A stretch of DNA of 64,000 nt from a virus (taxonomy: Duplodnaviria > Caudoviricetes): IMG/VR virus record IMGVR_UViG_3300025608_000006, one strand, 5' to 3'. Made by a program: the position numbers and the translations under genes. The notes below the pieces were generated by a model. It saw nothing but the letters and a program-made list of their open reading frames with translations. It was not told where the DNA came from and made no database searches. Of this stretch, positions 30,974-41,900 are shown piece by piece; positions within the stretch are counted from its first letter, which is position 1; each line of letters starts with the position of its first letter.

Positions 30974-31933
30974 ATGTCAAGAAATAAAGCATTTTTTATT
31001 AATGGCGGCGCAGGAAGAGTAGTGTGCTCTATACCCGCATTAGAAAAATTTCACGAAGAAAATCCAGACAACGACTTCCTTATTGTTTGCGAAGGCGGCA
31101 CTGATTTTTACAAAGGACACCCGGTTTTACATGCTAAAGCATATGATGTGTGGCATAAAAACTTGTTTGAAGATAAACTAAAAGATATGGAACTAGTAAG
31201 TCCAGAACCTTACAGAGTTTGGGAATATTATAACCAAAAAGCAAATCTATCACAAGCATACGATATTGAAATAAACAATAAAGGTGTAAGAGATTTGCCC
31301 AAACCTACTATTAGATTAAGCAAGCAAGAAAAACTTTCCGCAGCACAAGTAGTACGAGAAGTAAAAGAAAAAACAGGAAAAGATAAAGCTGTAGTATTTC
31401 AACCGTTTGGCCGAGGTGTTGTAAATGACAATGGAATGATTACAGACTTTAGTGGAAGAAGCTTTGAACCAGAAACTGTTGTTAATCTTGTTAAAGAACT
31501 ATCCAAGGAGTATGCTATAATTTTTATGGGTGAAATTGCAATTGAATTTCAAAAACATGGAATAACACAGCCAATCGCAATCCCGCAAAATATTGATTTA
31601 AGAACATGGACTGCAATCATTAGTCAATCAGACCACTTCCTGGGTTGTGATAGTGTTGGACAGCATTTAGCATATTCTTTAGATATACCTGCAACTGTTG
31701 TCGTCGGAAGTACATTTAAAGAAAATGTATCGTATCCAGATCATAAACCATTTAATGTATTGGATATGGGCGAAGGTGCTAGAATTTACAGTCCTATTCG
31801 TATTACACAAGACGAGTATACAGACAGAATGAATGAAGGCATTATGGCAATGAACGATAAGGTCGAAGAGGTTATTATTTCTACTGTAAAAGATTCAATG
31901 TCTGATAAAAAGAAAGCCGATAAAAAGAAATAA
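30974..31933 (+). CDS. GT9-like (ADP-heptose heptosyltransferase-type) glycosyltransferase
   Basis: N-terminal GGAGRVVCSIPAL and C-terminal SDHFLGCDSVGQHLAYSLDIPATVVVGST resemble GT9 (G.DSG..H.A.A...P...LFG.T). Start moved to the ATG at 30974 after AGGA; late promoter at 30935-30941. Confidence 0.75.
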   Translation: MSRNKAFFINGGAGRVVCSIPALEKFHEENPDNDFLIVCEGGTDFYKGHPVLHAKAYDVWHKNLFEDKLKDMELVSPEPYRVWEYYNQKANLSQAYDIEINNKGVRDLPKPTIRLSKQEKLSAAQVVREVKEKTGKDKAVVFQPFGRGVVNDNGMITDFSGRSFEPETVVNLVKELSKEYAIIFMGEIAIEFQKHGITQPIAIPQNIDLRTWTAIISQSDHFLGCDSVGQHLAYSLDIPATVVVGSTFKENVSYPDHKPFNVLDMGEGARIYSPIRITQDEYTDRMNEGIMAMNDKVEEVIISTVKDSMSDKKKADKKK

Positions 31934-31934
31934 T

Positions 31935-32804
31935 ATGTCAAGGCTGTTTACATTCGGATGTAGTTTTACTAATTATGCTTGGCCAACTTGGGCAGATTTT
32001 CTTGGATTAGAATTTGATTATTTTGAAAATTGGGGCGTCCCGGGTATTGGCAATGTTGCTATTGCTAATAGAGTAGCTGAGTGTTTTGTAAAAAATAATA
32101 TTACTAATGAAGATACTGTGATTATACAATGGACAAGCCATATTAGACATGATTATCATTTGTTCAAAGAAGAAACAGATAGAGATGCAGCAAACGGATG
32201 GAAAACCAAAGGAAGCATATTTGGTTATACTAATTTAGAACTGTATGATAAAAAATGGTTAGACACTTTTTTCGATGAAAATTCGTATATAATGCTGTCT
32301 TTAAATGCAATTTATTCTACACTAGAGCTTGTTAAATCTAAAAAATGCAATTGGAAAATGACTAGTATAGGAGAGTTTGAAAAGCTAGGAACGGATTTTA
32401 CAATAAATCCTGGAGGATACGGAGAAATTAATTCTTTAACATCTGATAGCTTGTGGGATCACGAGTTATTTCTTCCTTATAAGAAAGTATGGAATGAGCC
32501 AAACTGGCTTGAGCCTATAGGATGTTACACCTGGAAAAATAAAGAAGAGTTATATACATGGGATGTTGGTGAAAGTAAAAAAACTTGGACGGATCCACAT
32601 CCGTCACCTAACTTGGGCATTGATTGGTTATATAATGTAGTTAAGCCGAGTTTAAATATGCCGAATAATAAATTAACATTAAAACAAATAGAATGGCTTG
32701 AAATATGCCGAGAAGCTCGAACGAATATTCCAGATTTACAAATGTTTGGTGACGTGTTAGAGTTTGAATTAGATGCTTACGATAAAAGATATAGAGGATA
32801 TTAA
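31935..32804 (+). CDS. SGNH/GDSL-like fold protein (possible sugar acyl-esterase/transferase)
   Basis: Block I FGCSFT, block II WGVPGIGN, IIQWTSHIR, and C-terminal DPHP. Confidence 0.55.
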   Translation: MSRLFTFGCSFTNYAWPTWADFLGLEFDYFENWGVPGIGNVAIANRVAECFVKNNITNEDTVIIQWTSHIRHDYHLFKEETDRDAANGWKTKGSIFGYTNLELYDKKWLDTFFDENSYIMLSLNAIYSTLELVKSKKCNWKMTSIGEFEKLGTDFTINPGGYGEINSLTSDSLWDHELFLPYKKVWNEPNWLEPIGCYTWKNKEELYTWDVGESKKTWTDPHPSPNLGIDWLYNVVKPSLNMPNNKLTLKQIEWLEICREARTNIPDLQMFGDVLEFELDAYDKRYRGY

Positions 32805-32805
32805 A

Positions 32806-34605
32806 ATGAAAAAACATACGTGGATTGCTGGTATTGCTAGAGGACACAATGCAGGAGTATGTCTTTTAAAAGACGGCGAAATTGTGTTCAGTATTGAGGA
32901 AGAAAGACTCACCCGTTCAAAATACGACGGCGGTCCTTTAGCAAGTATGCTTAAAATTAAAGAGTATACAGATAAAATAGATTTTCTTTGTATTTCGCAT
33001 ACAACTCCATTGTCTGCTACTGCTGGAAAACTAGATTACACTGGAGAAGATGTTTACAGTGGACTTGCAAGAAAAGTAGGGTTAATTGATAAATTGGCGC
33101 TTGACGAATACGGACGCCATCCTCAAGTTATTGATATGGCAATGTATCACCACAAGATGCATGCAGGTATGGCTTTTTATCGTAGCGGCTTTGAAGAGGC
33201 AGTTGCAGTTATAGTCGACGGTGCTGGGACATTCTTCCCAATTACAATCGACGGTGATAGTCTTACAGTTTATGAAACTGAAAGTATCTATAAATGCGAA
33301 TACCCAGCAACTATCAAAACTTTACATAAAACTATGGGCGCAAGAGAAATGATAGTAAATGCTTATGTTGAAGACTTTGATGCTGGAGAATGGGAACCCG
33401 GCGCGAAATTTGATTTGAGTATTTCAGATAAAGCAGGAATTGTTAAGTCCTATGAAGCAGTAACAGAGTACTGCGGCTGGAGTAGTATCGAAGCCGGCAA
33501 AACAATGGGACTATTTCCGTACGGTAAAGAAAATGATCAAATACCAAACATCGTTGATAAAAATGATTATCCATTTCCTACGATAAACAGGAATTCAATA
33601 TTGCCGAGATATCCAAACGGAGCAGTTGTAAATACTTCACCTTATGAATATTTAAGAGATAATACAGATGGCGATATTACATTATTACAAAATAGAAGAG
33701 ACATGGCATATGCTGTGCAAACCGAAACACAAAAAGCAGTTGCGGATTTAATTAGACATGCTGTAAATATTAGTGGATCTAAAAATGTAGTTATCAGTGG
33801 CGGATATGGATTAAATTGTGTTGCTAACTATTATTATTTAAAAGAACTCCAAAACGAAGGAATCAATATTTACGTAGAGCCTATATCAAACGACGCGGGT
33901 ACTGCAATGGGCGCCGCACTAATATGGCATCATCAACATACACAGAGTATCGAAGTTAAGCCACAAGCTGATAATGTATACTTAGGACCAGAGTATAACT
34001 ATTCAGAAGACGATATTACTGAAGTTGTTGAAAAATACAATGTTGAAATTTCAGAAGCAACAGAACAAGATGCAGTTGATTTAATTGTAGATAGGAACAT
34101 TGTAACACTATTTCAAGGCAGATCCGAAAATGGACCTAGAGCTTTAGGAAATAGAAGTATTATGTATGATCCAACAGATGATAATGCAAAAGATTTTGTT
34201 AACAGTGTCAAGCATCGAGAATACTTCCGTCCATTTGCAGGAAGTATTCTAGAAGAAGATGTACACGAATGGTTTGATTTAAGAGGAATGAAAAATTCTC
34301 CTACAATGATGTATGCTGTAAATTGTATGCCCGGCATTGAAGAAAAAATACCAGGAATTATACATGTAGATGGAACATGTCGTATTCAAACAGTAACAAA
34401 GGAACAAAATCCAAATTACTACAGTATTATTAAAGCATTTAAAGAAAAGACAGGATGTCCAATAATTTTCAATACTAGTTTTAATCTAGGCGGGGAGCCA
34501 TTAGTAGAAACATTGGACGATGCTGTACGTACACTTGTTGAAAGTGAAATTGAATACTTATACTTGCCGGAATACAATAAGTTAATAACTGTCAAAAACC
34601 GATAA
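32806..34605 (+). CDS. O-carbamoyltransferase, NodU/CmcH family
   Basis: GHNAGVCLL..EEERLTRSK, HHKMHAGMAFY, VDGAG, AGKTMGL, GGYGLNCVAN, NDAGTAMGAA, GPRALGNRSI, KHREYFRPFA, HVDGTCRIQTV and NTSFNLGGEPLV. Confidence 0.93.
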   Translation: MKKHTWIAGIARGHNAGVCLLKDGEIVFSIEEERLTRSKYDGGPLASMLKIKEYTDKIDFLCISHTTPLSATAGKLDYTGEDVYSGLARKVGLIDKLALDEYGRHPQVIDMAMYHHKMHAGMAFYRSGFEEAVAVIVDGAGTFFPITIDGDSLTVYETESIYKCEYPATIKTLHKTMGAREMIVNAYVEDFDAGEWEPGAKFDLSISDKAGIVKSYEAVTEYCGWSSIEAGKTMGLFPYGKENDQIPNIVDKNDYPFPTINRNSILPRYPNGAVVNTSPYEYLRDNTDGDITLLQNRRDMAYAVQTETQKAVADLIRHAVNISGSKNVVISGGYGLNCVANYYYLKELQNEGINIYVEPISNDAGTAMGAALIWHHQHTQSIEVKPQADNVYLGPEYNYSEDDITEVVEKYNVEISEATEQDAVDLIVDRNIVTLFQGRSENGPRALGNRSIMYDPTDDNAKDFVNSVKHREYFRPFAGSILEEDVHEWFDLRGMKNSPTMMYAVNCMPGIEEKIPGIIHVDGTCRIQTVTKEQNPNYYSIIKAFKEKTGCPIIFNTSFNLGGEPLVETLDDAVRTLVESEIEYLYLPEYNKLITVKNR

Positions 34606-34627
34606 ATACTAAAAATAGGGGCAGTTA

Positions 34628-35065
34628 ATGCAAAATTTAAAAAAGTTTTTGACAAATGGTTTGAAGAACACAATTTTATTTAAGAATAATCTAGGGACTA
34701 GTCACAATGGTCCTTGGAAACAAGTACATACAGATACTTTACTAGACAGATGGCACGTAGGAGAATTTTCTAGTGTAGAGTATACTATAAGTGCTGATTA
34801 TGATGTTGAAAATAAAGAAGTTATAAAAGTTTTAGTTACTGCGTCAAAAGACCGTGCAAGTATAGTAGTATTTGCAAGAAATCATACACTTGATGATATT
34901 CTTACAATAAGTGCTACTGTAAATAATAGTTATGTAGATGTTATTTTAAATCCTGTAATTGTTGCAGAAGATCTAGAAAACGCTATCACTGCAAAAGACT
35001 TTACAGGAACAAAGGTCATTTATACTGCACAATATTTTCACACACAAACTCCGTTAGTAGTCTGA
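34628..35065 (+). CDS. Hypothetical structural protein (145 aa)
   Basis: Late promoter at 34602-34608; beta-rich sequence. Confidence 0.7.
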   Translation: MQNLKKFLTNGLKNTILFKNNLGTSHNGPWKQVHTDTLLDRWHVGEFSSVEYTISADYDVENKEVIKVLVTASKDRASIVVFARNHTLDDILTISATVNNSYVDVILNPVIVAEDLENAITAKDFTGTKVIYTAQYFHTQTPLVV

Positions 35066-35101
35066 ACTGTAGTCAGATAAATAACATATAGGAGAATGTA
35101 A

Positions 35102-35989
35102 ATGCCGATAGTAAACTCGCCATTTGAATCGCAGTATGGTTTTAAAGGACCGGGATTTTCTGTCGATTCTGAAGGTAACATTATTGCTGCATCTATTACT
35201 ACAGTAGATGAAGCTGATACAGATGAAGTTTTATTTGTAAATTTTACTGTTACTGATGCAGACAACGACTTTTTTATTGCAGAATTAGGTGAAGCACCAA
35301 ATCCTACTATTACAGTTTCTAGACAAGAAACATACAGTTTCAGTCTTGACATACCAGATTTAAAAATTCAAATTCTTACAGGCAATGAGCTTGAATCACT
35401 ACAGTACAACAGTGGCATAAGTCACTCTGACGGATCTCAAGGGGCTGATGCACAACTTAAAGTAGACGGTGTACTAAGATGGAGTGTTCCATTAAATGCT
35501 CCGGATACATTATATTATTCAGATGAACTTAGAAATAACATTGGAGTAATCAATGTTGTTGATCCTACTGGACTGTTTAGTACAATAGATGTTAACTCTA
35601 CAACTAACTCAACTAGTGCAACAACTGGTGCAATTACTGTAGCTGGCGGCGTTGGAATTGAAAAAGATTTACATGTAGCCGGCGAACTGAATTTATCCGG
35701 AGTAGGAATACCAAAACTAAGTTCATTAACCAATTTAGAACTAAATGCAGAAAACAAGATAATTCTTCAAGTTGCTGATATAAAACTTGGCGAATTAAAT
35801 TCTTCTGGATTAAGTATTACAATAAATAACAGCACTATAGACAATACGGCAATTGGAGGAACTGCTCCAGCAGCAGCAGCATTTACATCAGCAACAGTAA
35901 CACAGACACCTGTGACTAATACTAGTGTAACTAATCGGCAGTATGTGGATAGTACGGCACTATCATTAGCAATAGCATTTGGATTATAA
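35102..35989 (+). CDS. Fibre-associated protein with a degenerate cupredoxin-like domain
   Basis: NPTITVSRQETYSF...WSVPLNAPDTLYYSDELRNNIGVINV, with the metal ligands absent; late promoter at 35077-35083. Confidence 0.65.
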   Translation: MPIVNSPFESQYGFKGPGFSVDSEGNIIAASITTVDEADTDEVLFVNFTVTDADNDFFIAELGEAPNPTITVSRQETYSFSLDIPDLKIQILTGNELESLQYNSGISHSDGSQGADAQLKVDGVLRWSVPLNAPDTLYYSDELRNNIGVINVVDPTGLFSTIDVNSTTNSTSATTGAITVAGGVGIEKDLHVAGELNLSGVGIPKLSSLTNLELNAENKIILQVADIKLGELNSSGLSITINNSTIDNTAIGGTAPAAAAFTSATVTQTPVTNTSVTNRQYVDSTALSLAIAFGL

Positions 35990-35992
35990 AAC

Positions 35993-38900
35993 ATGGCAAA
36001 GACGCAAATAAAAAATTATGTATTTAAACCGGGAATTGGAGCGAATGATTACCGATATCCAAACGCTTACAGTTTAATAAACTCTAACAAAGAGTTTATA
36101 CAAAAAGAATCTACAGCATGGATACAATCTCAAGTTGATGCCGACGCAGCAGGATTTGTAGGGTATACATACAATCAAGAAAAATGCGAAAGAGATGTAG
36201 GTTATATAATTGATGCATACTTAAACGATTTGAGATATGGCGGCAATGAAAAACTTTATAATACAGTAAAATACTATTGGGATCAAGGTGTAGCACAGGT
36301 TGACGGCGATCGTGAACCAGAAATACAAACACACACATGGATCGGTAATTTAATTCAAGACAATATTCTTGCACAAGTTGCATATTCTGCTTTAAATACC
36401 AAAGTGTCTCAAACGCTTACTGGCACAGCTAGTGAATCAACATCAACATTTACTCCAACAGGTGCAACATATACACCAACTACAGGAGTTATGAATGTAA
36501 CAATTGGCACACACACGTTGTCAGTAGGAGACGAAATTTTTATTGCTCCAGGCGGAATATCATTTACATGTACTTTAGATGGCGATGCTACTGAACACCC
36601 ATATCCAAGAGCTTCAGGAGTGCCCAACGATACTGGAAAAGATCCGTTTTATTATGCACCGCTTATTATTACTGATACTACTTCAACAACAATTACAGTT
36701 AATGTAGGAATTAGCTCAGATACCAGTACGCATACATTCTCGAGTGCCTTGGCGGATTCAGTTACGTCGGGCCCTGCTACTAAAATTAATACACTAGCAT
36801 TTAATACAGTGGATGTTATTACAAATGGTTTAGGAGCACAGCCGACACTTGTTCCTGTCGGCGTTGGAACCATTAAAATACAAGGACGCTATAGTATTGA
36901 TGAATTGCTATTAATATCAAATTCTACACGAAGTGAAGTTTTATATAACTTTACCAATGTTAATACAGGCGCATTAATTGAAATTAAGGATACAATTGAT
37001 GAAGATTTCTTAAAGTTTAAAGAAACCACCGACGGCGTCTCGACTATTAAATTAAATTACGATACTAGTGATCACTTGTCAACTGATGACATACAAATAT
37101 TTGTGGAAGAAAAAGAAGTTAGAACTAGACCATTTGATTTTGGTACAGATGCTATTGAACGTCCACGTGCTGCTATGCCTGTATCCATGCTCGATGCTGA
37201 CTTTGAGTACGGATTACAGCCTACAAAATGGAGTGCTATAGGCACAATGCGCGGATATCCTAGTGTGTATGAAATACCAGGAACCGATACTGATGTAGTC
37301 AGAGTTGTTACAGATTCAAGTTTAAGTGAACCTGTTAGAATATTTACTGCAGATGTTACAAACTCTGGAACTAATGATTGGGTATGGAGTAATGCTCAAG
37401 ACAGAAATGGCAACGTTACCGGTAATGATCCAAGTATTACGTTGATCGAAGGTGATACTTTAATTGTTACAAACAATGCTAACAGTAGTCATCCGTTTTA
37501 TTTTAAAACAATACAAGGCACAGGCACAGCAAATCCAGTTAGCAATGTTACTAACAATGGCGGCAATACCGGAGAAGAAATAATATGGGTTACTCAGCCT
37601 GGCGATGCTGGCACCTATTTTTACCAATGTAGTTCTCATGCAAATATGGTAGGCACAATTACAGTACTAGCAAACGATCAAGGGTCTGGTGTTGGTCAGT
37701 CATTAATTACTGTAAGTACTGTAGCCGCACACGGCTTTGAAGCAGGCACTCCTATAAGTATTAAAGCATTAGAAAATAGTATTGCAGGCGCCTCTAGAGC
37801 AGAAGGCACGTTTATTATTGTCAACGTTCCTAGTAACACTACATTCCAGTATTTTGCAAAAGCAAAAGTTGGATCAACAGTAGGAGAAGTTTTATCTACT
37901 GGTTATACACAATTAAGAGAAGCTGGATTTTATACAGGTGCATCTATCGGACAACCAGAATTTACCATAGCAAGTAATGGTAGTTCTGGAACAATGTTTG
38001 CACAGTTAGGCGTATTATCCGGCGAAGTAGTGATACCATTTGACGGCTCAGCGCCAGAACTTGGCTCGCCTCTAAGTCAATCAAGTATACCAGTTGGCTC
38101 TCAAGTAACAAGTATTATCGATCAAAGTGAAGGCGGCGGCACATTTGTAACACCATTATCTAATAGTAATATTCCAGCTGGTCAAAATCAAATCACAGTG
38201 CAAGATATTACAGGTGTTGTAGAAAATTTAGCAGTCGATCGTGGAGATGGAAATGCAATATATATTACATCTGTTGATGGAAATACAATTACGTTTAATG
38301 GCAATTTTACACGCGAAATTATAGGCAATAGAAACGAATATATTGGAGTTGAGCCGGACAATGATACTGGAATTGGTTCAGGTGCTAAGTTTGATATATC
38401 ATATTCAGGAGATTCTAGTTTAACCTACGTGATTGATGCAATCGAAAATGATGGCATTAATTACAAAGTAGGAGACAGAATAACAATTTTAGGTACTCAG
38501 TTAGGCGGCGCGACTCCTGCTAATGATGCAGTTATTGTTGTAGATGAAGTAGGCAGTGCAAATTCAATTGCCGTGGCATCTATCAATGGTTTGCATTTCG
38601 ATAACGATCTTCTTTTAGAAGGGCAAACTGCAACATTCACAGGCGGCAACGGCGCAGGTGCTGGTTTTGATATTTCATTCCAAGATGGAATTTTTAGTTC
38701 AGTTGATGTTACCGCAGCACAAACTGGTGCAGATTATGCCATCGGCGATGTTCTAACTGCGGCGGCAGACGTATTGGTGCCAGGTTATAGCGGACCAGAA
38801 CGTATCTTGTATATATCTGTAGACGAAGTTGAAACGACTGGTGGACAGGCAACTAGTGTACAATTACAAGATGGAGGTACTGGTTATACTAGTGGCACTA

Positions 38901-41900
38901 CTGTTGCAACAACAGGCGGCTCTGGCACCGGACTAACATTGACGATTACTGAAGGCGGCGACGGAATTATTACAGATGTTACAATCGTAGACGCAGGATC
39001 AGGGTATGCTGAATTTGATGTAGTAACACTATCAACTGGCAACGGCGATGCAACTGTAAGAATTGGTAGTGTAAAATCTATAGGAGCAATTAACACAGTT
39101 ACATTTGCTGGTTCAGCTCCACAAGTAGATAAAACATTTACAGGGGTTGCATATACTACAACATCAGCTAGTGGTTCTGCCGCAGTTATTGATGTTCAAG
39201 TTACAGGCGATTCGTATACAGTAATATTTACAAATAATGGAATAAATTTTGTTCCTACTGAGACCATCACTGTTGCAGGCGATCAGTTAGGCGGCGCCAC
39301 ACCAGCTAACGATTTAACAATTACAATTGATAATGTTGACGCCAACGGCACCATTACATCGTTTACTGCTGTTGGTGTGACATTTAATGGAGACACTTTA
39401 TCAGGAATACCTGGTATAAATAGAGTTCCGATAGATGCTACATTTGATGTTACTCAAAACCCCGAGGGTGTATTTAACGCTACATTAGTAGCACCTGGAG
39501 AAGGGTACAACGTTGGACAAATACATACTATTTCCGGAACTGTTTTCGGAGGCACGACACCTGAAAACGACTTATCGATTACTATAACATCAATTACTGA
39601 CTTGGAAGGAGGCGAAATACAAACAATTACAGCATCAGGCACAGGATACATTCCTATTGGTGTATATATTGATGTTGTCGGAACTAACAATCCTTCTTTA
39701 GGTACAGGTGCAGAATTTACTATAATTAGAAATTCAGGAAATTATTCAAGTATTTCTATTACTAATCCTGGTTCAGGATATGAACCAGGAAACAGACTAG
39801 AAGTTGAAGCTTCGGTAGTTGACGGAGTATCTCCACTAAATGATATTCTTATAAATGTTACAACTGTTGATGAAACTGGCGGCATTTCGGCATTTACTAC
39901 ATCATCAGTAGAAGCAGCACCTGGAGAAAATATAGATTTAATATCAACAGTAACGATGTCGGAAGCAACAACGGCGCCAATCGTATCAGGGGCTCCGATT
40001 ACGTTTAGTGCTGTCGCTACAATTGAGGCAGAATTTGAAACAGCACACGGATTAGTTCCGGGTGATACATTTATTACCAGTATTGATTCTGACGATGGAT
40101 CAAACAATCACGAATTAGCAGCAGGATCTTATATTGCTACTGAGATACCGTCTACATTAACGTTACGATTCCAAGCAAGAACAGTGGGATCGATTGATAT
40201 TGATAATAATAATGATCCGATACTCGGATCAGTATACCCAAGACCTGATAGCTTCTTTATACACAGACCGTTTGACGGCGGCGTACAACTAGGAACAGGC
40301 GGTCCGCAACACGGTGCGCAAGCAATTCGTCAAAGTAAAAAGTACATTCGTTATCAGTCAGGTAAAGGCATTATGTACACAACTGGTGCGCTATTTGCTC
40401 CAAGTTATGATATACGTAGTGTTACAGCTGACGGCGTAGAAGTTGGATCAGAAATTACAATTACAACAGACGACAACGATCACGGTGTACAAGTTGGCGG
40501 AATAATTAGATTATTGGGTGTAGACACTCCTGGCTATAACAGTGGACCACAAACTGCTGTCCCGCCACAATTTGATTACGAAGTTGTTGAAGTAGTAAAC
40601 GAGCGTACATTTAAAGTTTTATCTCAACGCAGACTTGGCGCAACAACAGCGGTATTGGGCTTTGCAGCACAAATGAGTGTTGTTAGATGGCACGGCGCCA
40701 CTGTACGTTCAGGTATCTTTGATGATCAAAATGGAATTTTCTGGGAATACGATGGCACACAGATCAACGTGGTACAACGTACTGGTACATATCAAGTAGC
40801 AGGCACTATTGCAATCGATGTTGACAAAAATGCTGTAACTGGAACTGATACTAGATTTAGAGATCAACTTAAAGCTGGCGATAGGATTATTATTAGAGGT
40901 ATGACACATGTTGTGTCTCATGTTATTGATCAAACTAATATGACAGTAACGCCTGACTTTAGAGGTGTATCTAATGTTACTGGTGCCAAAGCAATGCTAG
41001 TGTTTGACAAGCGTACCAAGCAAGCAGACTTTAACTTAGATAGATTAGACGGAACAGGACCTAGCGGATACGATATTGACATTGCTAAGATGCAGATGAT
41101 CGGAATTCAATACAGTTGGTACGGTGCTGGTTTCATTGACTTTATGCTACGTGGTGCAGACGGTAACTTTGTATTTGCACACAGAATGCGTAACTCAAAC
41201 GTGAACACAGAAGCGTTTATGAGATCAGGTAACTTGCCTGTTCGTTACGAAGTTACTAATGAAGGTCCTAATGCAAAACTAGCTGCTGACATGAACAGCA
41301 CTCAAGTTACTGTGCCTTTGGATAGCGAAAACGGCAAGTTTTTCCCGACATCTGGTACTGTTTATATAGACAATGAAATTATTAATTTTACAGGAAGAAC
41401 AGGCAATACTTTAACAGGATGCACAAGATCTGCTGTATTTACAAATTTCCAAGGCGGATCTGTAAGAAGTTATACAGCAGGAGATGCTTCTGCGCATAGT
41501 AGCAGTACTGGAGTGGTACTAATATCTCAAACTACTACGCCATTAATTAGTCACTGGGGTAGTGCGTTTATTACAGACGGCGGATTTGACGAAGATCGAG
41601 GATACATTTTCTCATATGCTGAAACTGGTGTTACTATTAGTACTACTAAACAGACTGCATTTATGATTAGACTATCACCTAGTGTGTCAAATGCTATTGT
41701 AGGCGACTTAGGCGAAAGAGAACTACTAAACCGTGCGCAGCTTCTACTACAGGGACTTGAAATTACATCAGCTTCTGGCGCAGCAGGCGAAGGCGGCATC
41801 ATTGTTGAAGGTGTGTTGAATCCGCAAAACTTCCCAATTGATCCAGGAAGTGTAAGTTGGCAAGGACTAAGCGGTGTTGCTCAAGGTGGACAGCCCAGTT

